A stretch of DNA of 50,567 nucleotides from Actinomycetota bacterium (GTDB lineage: Bacteria > Actinomycetota > UBA4738 > CALAEC01): assembly GCA_036396755.1 (NCBI GenBank), contig DASWKG010000029.1, positions 1 through 50,567 of the forward strand, given 5' to 3'. Under the pieces are notes generated by a model. That model was not told the origin of the DNA. It ran no database searches and was given only the letters and a program-made list of their open reading frames with translations. The position numbers and the translations under genes are program-made. Shown here one piece after another: positions 9,633 through 17,920 of this stretch; the first letter of the stretch is position 1, and every line of letters begins with the position of its first letter.

Positions 9633-10692
9633 CGACCGTCCCCCCCGACACCCGCCACACGGTCGCGCTCGCCGGCACCTGCACGTCGTCCGGGATCGCG
9701 AGCAGGGTCTGCCCCCCGCGCTCGAGCTCCGCGGTGAGGCGGCGCCGCCGCTGGGGGTCGACGCCGGAGAACGGATCGTCGAGCAGCAGCAGCGGCGGCT
9801 CGCCGATCTCGGCCTCGAGCGCCCGCGCCAGTCCGAGCCGCAGGCAGATCGCGGCGGCCCAGGACTCGCCGTGCGACGCGAACCGCCGGGCGGTCCGCTC
9901 GCCCACCGCGAGCTCCAGCTCGTCGCGATGCGGCCCCACCAGGGTGGTCCGACGCACGAGCTCGTCCTGTCGGCGCGCCGCGAGGCCCTCGCGGAAGGAG
10001 GCCTCGAGGTCGTCGCCCTCGATCGAGGGCCGGTAGCGAATCACCAGCCGATCGCCGGAGATGGCCTCGTACGCGTCGCCCGCCCGGCCGGCGATCCGCG
10101 CCACCGCGTCGCGCCGGCCGGCCGTGACGGCCACGCCGTGCGCGATCAGCTCCTCGTCCCACGCCTCGAGCGAGGCGGGCAGCCCCTCCCCCTCCTTGAA
10201 CAGCCGATTGCGCTGTCGCAGGGCGCGGTCGTAGCTGCGCCGCTCGGCATCGCGCGGCGGCCAGAGCGACACGACCGACTCGTCCATGAACCTCCGCCGC
10301 TCGTCGGGGTCGCCCTGCACGATCGCGAGGTCCTCGGGCAGGAACAGGACGCTCCGCACGCGCGAGCGCACGTCGCGCTTCCGCCGCACCGGCGACCGGT
10401 TCACCTGCACGCGGTTCGCCCCCGACGGCCTGATCTCCACCTCGACGAGCACCTTCCCGCCCTCCGTCTCGACCTCGCCGCGGAGGAACGCCGACGCGGC
10501 GCCCTCGCGGATGAGGGGCTGGTCCGACGAGGTCCGTGGCGAGGACAGGCTCACCAGGTAGTGCACCGCCTCCAGGGCGTTCGTCTTGCCCTGCGCGTTC
10601 GGCCCCACGAGCGCGACGATCCCCCCGGGGACCTCGAGCTCGGTCTCGCGGTGGTTGCGGAAATCGCGGAGCGACACCCACAGGAGGCGCAT
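9625..10692 (-). CDS. recF: DNA replication/repair protein RecF
   Basis: Walker A GPNAQGKTNALEA, signature region SHGESW, Walker B LLLLDDPFSGVD. Confidence 0.95.
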   Translation of the reverse strand: MRLLWVSLRDFRNHRETELEVPGGIVALVGPNAQGKTNALEAVHYLVSLSSPRTSSDQPLIREGAASAFLRGEVETEGGKVLVEVEIRPSGANRVQVNRSPVRRKRDVRSRVRSVLFLPEDLAIVQGDPDERRRFMDESVVSLWPPRDAERRSYDRALRQRNRLFKEGEGLPASLEAWDEELIAHGVAVTAGRRDAVARIAGRAGDAYEAISGDRLVIRYRPSIEGDDLEASFREGLAARRQDELVRRTTLVGPHRDELELAVGERTARRFASHGESWAAAICLRLGLARALEAEIGEPPLLLLDDPFSGVDPQRRRRLTAELERGGQTLLAIPDDVQVPASATVWRVSGGTVGA

Positions 10693-10714
10693 CGCTCGGC
10701 CGCGACTGCCGCCG

Positions 10715-11821
10715 CTAGCCCACCGACGCCGACGCGGGAAGGCGAACCGGCATCACCAGGTAGGTGAACTCGTCGCCCTCGCCCCGGAGCACCGCCGGCT
10801 TCAGGCCGTCGCGGACCTCCACGAACACGCGATCGCCGGTGACCCCCGCCAGCCCGTCGGCGAGGTAGCCCGGGTTGAACGCGACGGTCAGCTCGTCGCC
10901 CTCGTAGGAGGCCTCGACCGCCTCGATCGCTCCCCCCAGGTCGGGCGAGGACGAGAGCAGCCGAGCCCCGAGCGCGTTGAGCTCCATCTTGATCGAGGTG
11001 TTCTCGCGCGCGAGCAGGCCGACGCGGCGGACCGCCTCGAGCAGGTCCTGACGGGTGGCGGTCAGCTTGCTGCCGCCCGGCTCGGGGATGAGCTGCCGGT
11101 AGTTCGGGAACTCCCCCTCGATGAGGCGCGAGGTCAGCCGCAGACCCCCCACGGCGAACACGGCCTGCGAGTCCCCCAGCACGATCTGGACCTCGCCCTT
11201 CTCCTCGGCGCCGGCGGCCCGGCCGATCTCGGACAGGGCCCGCTCGGGCACCAGCGACTTCGCCTCGCCGTCGCCGGTCGCCGAGAGCTCGCGGACCGCG
11301 AGCCGGTAGGAGTCGGTCGCCGCCATCGTGAGGCCCTCGCGGTTCGCCTCGAGGAGCACCCCGGTCAGGATGGGCCGCGCCTCGTCTCGCGACGCCGCCT
11401 TGGCCACCTGGCCGACGGCCGACGAGAACGCCTGGCCCTCGACCGAGATCTTCACCCCCTCGGGCTCCCGGAGCATCGGGAAGTCCTCGGCCGCGAGGCA
11501 GCGGATCGTCCCCTCGAAGCTCCGGCACGAGATGCGCGCCTGGGAGGAGTCGGCCTCGAACTCGACGGCGTCGGGCGGCAGCGACTTCACCATGTCGGCG
11601 ATCAGCCGGGACGGCACCAGGGCGGTGCCCTCCTCGGCCACCTCGACCGCGAGCCGGACCTCGGTCGTCACCTCGAGGTCGGTCGTGACCAGGCGAAGTC
11701 CCTCGGCGTCGGCGGTGATCTGCACGCCCGTCAGGGCGGGGATGCCGGGTCGCGTGGACACGCCTCGCTGGGCGGTCTGAAGCGCCTCGGCGAACGCGTC
11801 GCGCTCAGCACGGAATTTCAC
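10715..11821 (-). CDS. dnaN: DNA polymerase III beta sliding clamp
   Basis: 368 aa with a three-domain clamp pattern, in the dnaA-dnaN-recF synteny. Confidence 0.95.
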   Translation of the reverse strand: MKFRAERDAFAEALQTAQRGVSTRPGIPALTGVQITADAEGLRLVTTDLEVTTEVRLAVEVAEEGTALVPSRLIADMVKSLPPDAVEFEADSSQARISCRSFEGTIRCLAAEDFPMLREPEGVKISVEGQAFSSAVGQVAKAASRDEARPILTGVLLEANREGLTMAATDSYRLAVRELSATGDGEAKSLVPERALSEIGRAAGAEEKGEVQIVLGDSQAVFAVGGLRLTSRLIEGEFPNYRQLIPEPGGSKLTATRQDLLEAVRRVGLLARENTSIKMELNALGARLLSSSPDLGGAIEAVEASYEGDELTVAFNPGYLADGLAGVTGDRVFVEVRDGLKPAVLRGEGDEFTYLVMPVRLPASASVG

Positions 11822-12014
11822 ACCTCACCTCCTTCGACGTTGGGGAGATCTATACGAGCAGAAGCAGTAGGCCCTGTGGAACGTGTGGACAACCATGGCT
11901 TCCCCCAGCGTAGCGGGGGGGTCTGACATGGTGACGGGATGTGGACACGCGGTGGGCGGGCGGACCTTACCCCGGGCCCGATGCAGCCCCGGGCGGAGTT
12001 GTTCACCGCTTTCC
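11822..12014. other. Candidate oriC (dnaA-dnaN intergenic DnaA-box cluster plus an AT-rich patch)
   Basis: TGTGGAACG (11875-11883) directly abuts TGTGGACAA (11884-11892, rc TTGTCCACA, 9/9 to the actinobacterial consensus). Also TGTGGACAC (11940-11948, 8/9) and an oppositely oriented TTGTTCACC (11999-12007, 7/9). An AT-richer stretch gagatctatacgagcagaagcagtag lies at about 11845-11870. Confidence 0.6.
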
Positions 12015-13409
12015 TCAACGGATCCCACGCGATTCCGACTGGATGTTCTTGGTCAGCTCCTGGACCTGCGTGTACATCGAGCCGCGCTCGGGCATGAGCT
12101 TGAGGATGCGGTTGATGCCGTGCAGGGCCGTGGAGTGATCGCGGTCGAGCAGCTCGCCGATCTTGATGAGCGAGAGCGGCGACAGCTCGCGCAGGAGGTA
12201 CATCGCGATGTGCCGGGCGTTCGTGAGCGGGCGGGAGCGCGACTTCGAGGAGAGGTCCTCGCGCCGGAACCCGAAGTAGCGGGCCGTCGCCTCCAGGATG
12301 AGCTCCGGTGGGATCTCCTGGCCCGACTGCGGCAGGAGGCCCTCGAGGCCGCGCTGGGTGAGCGCGAGGTCGATGGACTTGTTCGACAGCGATGCGAAGG
12401 CCCCCACGCGAAGCAGTGCCCCCTCCAGCTCTCGGATGTTCGAGTCGAACTTGTCGGCGATGAAGTGCATCACGTCGTCGGGCACGTCCATGTGGTCGCG
12501 GAAGGCTTTCTTCTGAAGGATCGCGATCCTCGTCTCGAGGTCGGGCGGCTGAACGTCCACGCAAAGCCCCCAGCGGAACCGGTTCCGAAGCCGCTCCTCG
12601 AGCCCGGAGAGCTCCTGCGGGGGGCGGTCCGACACGACCACGATCTGGCTCTCCGCGCCGTGGAGCGCGTTGAACGTGTGGAAGAACTCGGTCTGGGTCT
12701 CCTCCTTGCCGGCCAGGAACTGGATGTCGTCGATCAGCAGCACGTCGACGTCGCGGTATCGGCGCTGGAACTGGTAGCCCTGGCGGTCGCGGATGGCGCG
12801 GATGAACTCGGTGACGAAGGCCTCGGAGGTCACGTAGGTGACGCGCAGGCCCGGGATGAGCCTGGTCATGTGGTTGGCGATCGCGTAGAGCAGGTGGGTC
12901 TTTCCCAGGCCCACTCCCCCGTAGATGAACAGGGGGTTGTACGCCTTGGAGGGCGGCGCCTCGGCGACGGCCATCGCCGCCGCGTGCGCGAAGCGGTTCG
13001 ACGGGCCGAGCACGAACGTGTCGAAGGTGTACTTCGTCGGGAGCGCCGGGGGGAGCTGGCGCGCCGCGGGGTCGGGGGGCCGGGGGGCGTCGATCTCGAG
13101 CCGGTCCTTGGTCGCGGTCCGCTCCTCGACGACGATCCGGACATCGAGGTCACGGCCGGCCGCCTCGCTCACCATGCGGGTGATGAGACCGAGGTGTCGC
13201 GCCTGGACCCAGGAGCGAACGTAGTCTGAGGAGGCGCCGATCTCGAGGAGCTCCTCGTTCAGCTCCCGGGGCCGGAGCTCGGCGAACCACATGTCGTAGG
13301 TGCCGGGAGTGACCTCCTGACGGATGCGCTCGGCAGCCTCGGACCAGATGGTCGTGAGGCCTGGCGCTTCCGTCGTTGCTGGAGAGTTATCCACAGACAC
13401 TTTCCACAT
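12015..13409 (-). CDS. dnaA: Chromosomal replication initiator DnaA
   Basis: Walker A GGVGLGKTHLL, the box VII/sensor region, and the C-terminal DNA-binding signature DRDHSTALHGINRI. I prefer the ATG at 13409 (MWKVSVDNSP..). The longest ORF starts at GTG 13517 and cannot be excluded. Confidence 0.93.
   Translation of the reverse strand: MWKVSVDNSPATTEAPGLTTIWSEAAERIRQEVTPGTYDMWFAELRPRELNEELLEIGASSDYVRSWVQARHLGLITRMVSEAAGRDLDVRIVVEERTATKDRLEIDAPRPPDPAARQLPPALPTKYTFDTFVLGPSNRFAHAAAMAVAEAPPSKAYNPLFIYGGVGLGKTHLLYAIANHMTRLIPGLRVTYVTSEAFVTEFIRAIRDRQGYQFQRRYRDVDVLLIDDIQFLAGKEETQTEFFHTFNALHGAESQIVVVSDRPPQELSGLEERLRNRFRWGLCVDVQPPDLETRIAILQKKAFRDHMDVPDDVMHFIADKFDSNIRELEGALLRVGAFASLSNKSIDLALTQRGLEGLLPQSGQEIPPELILEATARYFGFRREDLSSKSRSRPLTNARHIAMYLLRELSPLSLIKIGELLDRDHSTALHGINRILKLMPERGSMYTQVQELTKNIQSESRGIR
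13387..13395 (+). promoter_or_regulatory. Perfect E. coli-type DnaA box TTATCCACA at the 5' end of dnaA
   Basis: Exact 9-mer read in the sequence. It lies 14-22 nt inside the dnaA reading frame if the ATG at 13409 is used. Confidence 0.5.
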
Positions 13410-13435
13410 GTGTGATATCCGCTGGGGAAGCGCGT

Positions 13436-13459
13436 CGGGGCCGCCCATCGGCGGCCCCG
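13436..13459. other. Perfect 10-bp GC hairpin in the dnaA leader / rpmH-dnaA divergent region
   Basis: CGGGGCCGCC-CATC-GGCGGCCCCG. No U-tract follows on either strand. Confidence 0.4.
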
Positions 13460-13562
13460 GAGAAGCGTTGTGAAGGATAGCACCGGCCCGTTCGGCGAGG
13501 CAACGTGAAACCGCCACGAATCCCGGTTCCTGTCGCTTTAGACCGAACGGGACCCGCGCGCG

Positions 13563-13568
13563 TATAAT
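13563..13568 (+). promoter_or_regulatory. Candidate rpmH -10 hexamer TATAAT
   Basis: Consensus hexamer 11 nt upstream of the rpmH ATG, with no SD in between. This implies a very short leader or a leaderless mRNA. Confidence 0.45.
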
Positions 13569-13579
13569 CGCGGCCGCTT

Positions 13580-13714
13580 ATGAAGCGTACGTATCAACCA
13601 AGCAGACGGCGCAGGAAGCGCCGGCACGGCTTCCGAACGCGGATGCGAACGAGGTCGGGGCGCGCGATCCTTGCCAGGAGACGGGCGAAGGGCCGGGCGC
13701 GTCTCAGCGCGTAG
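13580..13714 (+). CDS. rpmH: 50S ribosomal protein L34 (not in the ORF track)
   Basis: Translation is [44 protein letters not shown], a canonical L34. Confidence 0.97.
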   Translation: MKRTYQPSRRRRKRRHGFRTRMRTRSGRAILARRRAKGRARLSA

Positions 13715-14012
13715 CCTCGCCCGCCGCGAGATCCAGGCCGTCCGAGGCGGGCGGCCGCTCAAGACCAGGCGAGTGATAGTGTACCTAGCGCCCGCGGCCG
13801 GAGATCCGGGCTTCGCCGTGATCGCAGGACGCCGGGTCGGCGGCGCGGTCGTGCGGAACCGGGCGCGCCGCGTCCTCCGGGAGGCATGGAGGGCTCTCGC
13901 CCCGCGACTGGCCGAGGAATACCGGGCCGTGCTCGTGGCGAGGCCGGAGATCCGAGGAGCGAAGACCGGCCAGGTTGAGGGCGAGATCGCCGAGGCCGTG
14001 GGGGAAGCGTAG
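13671..14012 (+). CDS. rnpA: Ribonuclease P protein component
   Basis: RNR motif region [16 protein letters not shown], in the rpmH-rnpA-yidD-yidC synteny. The TTG start at 13671 overlaps rpmH; the exact start is uncertain. Confidence 0.85.
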   Translation: MPGDGRRAGRVSARSLARREIQAVRGGRPLKTRRVIVYLAPAAGDPGFAVIAGRRVGGAVVRNRARRVLREAWRALAPRLAEEYRAVLVARPEIRGAKTGQVEGEIAEAVGEA

Positions 14013-14017
14013 CGACG

Positions 14018-14320
14018 ATGACATTCAGCCGGATCCTGCGGGTGCTCGGGTGGCCGCTCCGCGCGGTGCTGCTCGGGCTGCTCGCCGCCTACCGAGGGTT
14101 CTTCGGCGGGGCCTTCGGCGGCCGGTGCCGCTTCCATCCGTCCTGCTCCTCCTACGCGCAGGAGGCGATCCGGACCCACGGAGCCCTCAAGGGCTCGGCG
14201 CTCGCCATCGCCAGGGTGGCCCGGTGCAGCCCGCTGTCCGCCGGCGGGCTCGACCCGGTCCCCACACGCGGCACCTGGAGCCGAAAGAGTATGAAGACAT
14301 CATACGAAGGCGAGGGCTGA
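14018..14320 (+). CDS. yidD: Membrane protein insertion efficiency factor YidD
   Basis: Signature [20 protein letters not shown]...R..RC.P. Confidence 0.9.
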   Translation: MTFSRILRVLGWPLRAVLLGLLAAYRGFFGGAFGGRCRFHPSCSSYAQEAIRTHGALKGSALAIARVARCSPLSAGGLDPVPTRGTWSRKSMKTSYEGEG

Positions 14321-14324
14321 GCCC

Positions 14325-15500
14325 ATGTGGGACGCGCTGCTGAAGGCCCTCGGCTCCGCGCTCGGCTTCTTCTACGACGTCATCCCCAGCTACGGCGTCG
14401 CCATCATCCTGCTGACGATCACCGCCCGGGTCCTCCTGCTCCCCCTCACCATCAAGCAGACCCGCTCGATGCACGAGATGCAGAAGATCCAACCCCAGCT
14501 GAAGGCGATCCAGCAGAAGTACAAGGGGAACCGGCAGAAGGTCAGCGAGGAGACCATGAAGCTCTACAAGGAGCACAAGGTCAACCCGCTGGGTGGCTGC
14601 CTGCCGCTCGTCCTGCAGTTCCCGATCTTCATCGCGCTGTTCTCGGTGCTCCGGGCCACCATCCCGGTCTCGGCCGCCCCGGTGAACGAGTTCCCGGCGT
14701 CGTACCTGGGCAACAAGGAGGTCTTCTGCTGGGTCCCGGGCGAGCGCTCCACCGAGGAGCTCCCGCCTGCCCAGGTGGTCTGCGATACCGACCAGGATGG
14801 GGAGCAGGACGACACCTTCGAGGTGCTGTGGCCGGCCGACGTCGATGGCCTGGAGGTCCGGAACCTGTTCACCGCCTGTGTGCCTGCCGAGGACGAGGAG
14901 GACGGGGGCAGGTTCTTCTCCTGCCAGTCGACGGTCGGCTCGAAGCATCTGCCTCCAGACAGCGACCTGTTCGAGGACATCGTGGAGGACCGCGCCCAAT
15001 TCCTGGGCCTGCATCTGTCGTGCGGGGCGACCCAGGTGACCTCGGAGGACCAGATCCGGACGTGCGCGCCGCCGGGCACGAAGGCCGGCGGGCCCCTGCT
15101 GATCGGCTACTACGGGCTCATCGCGTTGATGGTGCTCACGACCTGGTACCAGACGAAGCAGATGCAGCGCTCCTCTCAGGGGGGCGCGCCTCAGATGCAG
15201 ATGATGGGGCGGATCATGCCGATCTTCCTTGGGTTCATCTCGCTGAGCATCCCCGCGGGGGTCCTCGTCTACTGGGTGACCACCAACCTCTGGCAGGTCG
15301 GGCAGCAGCACTTCATGCTGCGGTCACGCGAGCAGGCGGCCGCGGCCCCGATGCGCGGGAGCGCTAGCCTCAAGGGACAGTCGAGAGTTGTGAAGGAACA
15401 GCCGAAGTCAAAGGACACCGAGCCAGCGAAGCCGCAGCAGCCACCGCAGCGGTCGGGGAGCAAGAATGCGAGAAGTAGAAAAAAGCGCCGCAAGCGTTGA
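14325..15500 (+). CDS. yidC: Membrane protein insertase YidC
   Basis: ARVLLLPLTIKQ..MQKIQPQLKAIQQKYK..YKEHKVNPLGGCLPLVLQFPIFIALF ... GVLVYWVTTNLWQVGQQ, with a basic C-terminal tail. Confidence 0.93.
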   Translation: MWDALLKALGSALGFFYDVIPSYGVAIILLTITARVLLLPLTIKQTRSMHEMQKIQPQLKAIQQKYKGNRQKVSEETMKLYKEHKVNPLGGCLPLVLQFPIFIALFSVLRATIPVSAAPVNEFPASYLGNKEVFCWVPGERSTEELPPAQVVCDTDQDGEQDDTFEVLWPADVDGLEVRNLFTACVPAEDEEDGGRFFSCQSTVGSKHLPPDSDLFEDIVEDRAQFLGLHLSCGATQVTSEDQIRTCAPPGTKAGGPLLIGYYGLIALMVLTTWYQTKQMQRSSQGGAPQMQMMGRIMPIFLGFISLSIPAGVLVYWVTTNLWQVGQQHFMLRSREQAAAAPMRGSASLKGQSRVVKEQPKSKDTEPAKPQQPPQRSGSKNARSRKKRRKR

Positions 15501-16122
15501 GGAGGCCCTCGAGGCCGCCCTGGCGGAGCTCGGCATCTCCGAGCAGGAGGCCGAGGTAGAGATCGTTCAGGAGTCCCGCGGAGGCCTGCTCGGCCTGGGC
15601 TCGAAGGGCGCGGTCGTCCGCGTGCGCGCCCGGGGAGAGACGGCCCCCGCGGAGCAGGCGGAGTTCGCCGTCGATTTCGTCGCCGGGCTCGTGAACCGCA
15701 TGAGCTTCCACGCCGACGTCGACGTGAACGAGGTCGACGGAACCACCTATGTGGATATCGTGGGGATCGGACACGAAGACGAGATGGGGATCCTGATCGG
15801 CCGGCACGGCCAGACCCTCGACTCCATCCAGGACATCCTTCGCGGGGCCGTTCAGCGCAAGACGGGCGAGCGCTGCCGCGTGGTCGTCGACGTCGAGGAT
15901 TACCGGAAGCGCAGGCGCGCCCAGCTGGTCGAGCGGGCGCAGGAGGCCACCGAGCGTGCCAAGAAGACCGGGAAGCCCCAGCGCATGGAGCCGATGAGCC
16001 CGTACGAGCGCAAGATCGTGCACGATGCGGTGGCGTCGGTCGGCGGCATGGAGAGCGCCAGCGAGGGCGAGGAGCCCGAACGGCGCGTGGTGATCCGGAC
16101 CCGGGGGCGCGGTTCCACGTGA
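15466..16122 (+). CDS. jag: Jag/KhpB RNA-binding protein (Jag_N, KH, R3H)
   Basis: N-terminal VEEALEAALAELG, a KH-like core, and a C-terminal R3H region P.ERKIVHDAV...G..S.SEGEEP.R.VVI. Confidence 0.88.
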   Translation: MREVEKSAASVEEALEAALAELGISEQEAEVEIVQESRGGLLGLGSKGAVVRVRARGETAPAEQAEFAVDFVAGLVNRMSFHADVDVNEVDGTTYVDIVGIGHEDEMGILIGRHGQTLDSIQDILRGAVQRKTGERCRVVVDVEDYRKRRRAQLVERAQEATERAKKTGKPQRMEPMSPYERKIVHDAVASVGGMESASEGEEPERRVVIRTRGRGST

Positions 16123-16126
16123 AACC
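16111..16126. promoter_or_regulatory. parS site 1 (GGTTCCACGTGAAACC)
   Basis: 13/16 match to the consensus tGTTTCACGTGAAACa. It contains both the jag TGA stop and the rsmG GTG start. Confidence 0.7.
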
Positions 16127-16757
16127 AGCCGGCGTCTCGTTTCACGTGAAACGGGACGCCGAGCGGCTGAGGGTTCCCCTCACCGACGAGCAGGCGCGCG
16201 TCCTCGAACGCTTCCACGATCTCCTCACGCGGAAAGCGGTGCCTCTCGGCCTCGTCTCAGAAGGCGACGCTGATCGGATCTACGAGCGCCACCTGCTGGA
16301 CTCCCTCGCCGCGGCGACCGCGTTCGAGGCCGCGGACCGGCTTTCGCTCGATCTGGGCTCCGGCGCCGGCCTCCCCGGCGTGGTGCTCGCCATCGCGCTA
16401 CCGGGCATTCGGTTCCTGCTCGTGGAGCCGATGCGTCGACGGATCGCCTTCCTCGAGCTCGCCGTGGAGGCTCTGGGCCTCACGAACGTGGAGATCTTGG
16501 GGGAGCGGGTCGAGAAGCTTCCCGGCAAGGTCGGGCCGGCCGACGTGGCCACCGCCCGGGCCTTCGCTCCCCCCCTCGAGTCCTGGAAAGCGGCCGCCCC
16601 ACTCCTTCGACCGGGTGGGCGGCTGATCTATTTCCTTGGGCGGCGAACGTCTCTGGAGGAGGCGGACCTCCGATCGGTCGAGTATCCACCGGCGAGTCTT
16701 CGGGTGACCGAGGTACTTGATTCCTCCATGCGACTCGCTATCATTGCGCGTACGTGA
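16119..16757 (+). CDS. rsmG: 16S rRNA (guanine527-N7)-methyltransferase RsmG (GidB)
   Basis: SAM motif DLGSGAGLPGVVLAI, in the jag-rsmG-parA-parB synteny. Confidence 0.9.
   Translation: MKPAGVSFHVKRDAERLRVPLTDEQARVLERFHDLLTRKAVPLGLVSEGDADRIYERHLLDSLAAATAFEAADRLSLDLGSGAGLPGVVLAIALPGIRFLLVEPMRRRIAFLELAVEALGLTNVEILGERVEKLPGKVGPADVATARAFAPPLESWKAAAPLLRPGGRLIYFLGRRTSLEEADLRSVEYPPASLRVTEVLDSSMRLAIIART
16138..16153. promoter_or_regulatory. parS site 2 (CGTTTCACGTGAAACG)
   Basis: The central 14 bp are a perfect match to the parS palindrome. It lies within rsmG codons 7-12 (..SFHVKR..). Confidence 0.85.
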
Positions 16758-17920
16758 GCGCCGAGGATCCCCGAGAGCTGGGGCACCCCACCGAGGTCCC
16801 CGGCGCCGGAGCCGCTTCCCCTCCGGTCGCCTCTTCGGCTGCGCCCGAGCCAGCCCTCCCGGGCAACTCTCAACCTATGGTCGAGTCTCCACCTCCGAGG
16901 GCTCGCGTCATCGCCGTGGCGAACCAGAAGGGCGGCGTCGGCAAGAGCACCACAGCGGTCAATCTCTCGGCCGCGCTCGCCGAGCGGGGGAGCCGGGTGC
17001 TGGTCGTGGACATGGACCCTCAGGGCAACGCGTCCACCGGCCTGGGTATCCCGCCCGTGGAGCGCGCGATCACCACCTACGACGTCCTCACCGAGACGTC
17101 CGGCCCCCGCGAGGCCGTGATGAAGACCGCGATCGACGGGCTGTTCGCCATCCCGTCCACCATCGACCTGGCGGGCGCCGAGATCGAGCTGGTCAGCCAG
17201 TTCTCGCGGGAGATGCGGATGACCCGGGCGATCGCCGACCTCGCCCCCGACTACGACTTCATCATCATCGACTGCCCTCCCTCACTTGGGCTCCTCACCG
17301 TCAACGCCCTCGCAGCCGCCGGGGAGCTCCTCGTGCCGATCCAGTGCGAGTACTACGCGCTGGAGGGCCTGGGGCAGCTCCTTCGAAACGTGCGGCTGGT
17401 CCAACAGAACCTCAACCCCAAGTTGAGGCTTTCGGGCATCGTGCTCACGATGTTCGACCCCCGGACCAAGCTGGCCGAGCAGGTCGTGGCCGAGGTTCAG
17501 CGGTACTTCGGGCCTCGTGTGTATGAGAGCCTCATACCGCGCACCGTGCGGCTCTCCGAGGCCCCCGGCTACGGGCAGCCGATCACGACCTACGACCCGA
17601 GCTCCCGCGGTGCGGAGGCCTACCGGGAGCTCGCCGCTGAGGTGGAGGAGGGGGTCAGGGGCGGAGATGCTCCGCTTCCGACCGGGGACCTGCCCGACGT
17701 CATCCTGACCGAGCCCACGCCGGACTCGGAGAGCGCCGCAGCGCAGGACGGCGGTCTCGGCCCCGCGGAGGCGGCCGGTGGCGCCCCGGGCCCCGGGGCG
17801 AACCCCGCCGCGGCGGCTCCGCTCGAGCCCCCGGGCGATGGCCCGGTCGAGACGCCCCCATCGGGTGAAGCCGCCGCGCCGGTCGGAGGGCCGATGGGTG
17901 CCCGGAGGGAGGAGACATGA
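16754..17920 (+). CDS. parA: Chromosome partitioning ATPase ParA/Soj
   Basis: Deviant Walker A NQKGGVGKSTT. GTG 16754 overlaps the rsmG stop (GTGA); an alternative ATG at 16877 lies just before the ATPase core. Long acidic/Pro-rich C-terminal extension. Confidence 0.93.
   Translation: MSAEDPRELGHPTEVPGAGAASPPVASSAAPEPALPGNSQPMVESPPPRARVIAVANQKGGVGKSTTAVNLSAALAERGSRVLVVDMDPQGNASTGLGIPPVERAITTYDVLTETSGPREAVMKTAIDGLFAIPSTIDLAGAEIELVSQFSREMRMTRAIADLAPDYDFIIIDCPPSLGLLTVNALAAAGELLVPIQCEYYALEGLGQLLRNVRLVQQNLNPKLRLSGIVLTMFDPRTKLAEQVVAEVQRYFGPRVYESLIPRTVRLSEAPGYGQPITTYDPSSRGAEAYRELAAEVEEGVRGGDAPLPTGDLPDVILTEPTPDSESAAAQDGGLGPAEAAGGAPGPGANPAAAAPLEPPGDGPVETPPSGEAAAPVGGPMGARREET

Noticed and set aside
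13498-13512. Additional parS-like sequences (GCAACGTGAAACC here; also 18206-18221 in parB and about 22565-22580 in trxB)
   Set aside because: Only one half of the palindrome (CGTGAAAC) is present (10/16 or fewer matches overall). Such half-sites are expected by chance and are not credited as parS.
12015-13517. Longest dnaA ORF starting at GTG 13517 (500 aa)
   Set aside because: The extra 36 residues (MAVSRCLAERAGAILHNASPGPPMGGPDALPQRISH) look non-protein-like and run through a perfect 10-bp hairpin. The ATG at 13409 gives a normal DnaA N-terminus. This is not fully excluded.
13485-13551. 9-bp inverted repeat CCCGTTCGG ... CCGAACGGG separated by 47 nt in the rpmH-dnaA spacer
   Set aside because: The arms are short with a long loop in GC-rich DNA, which is likely chance. 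There is no supporting feature such as a U-tract or flanking conserved motif.
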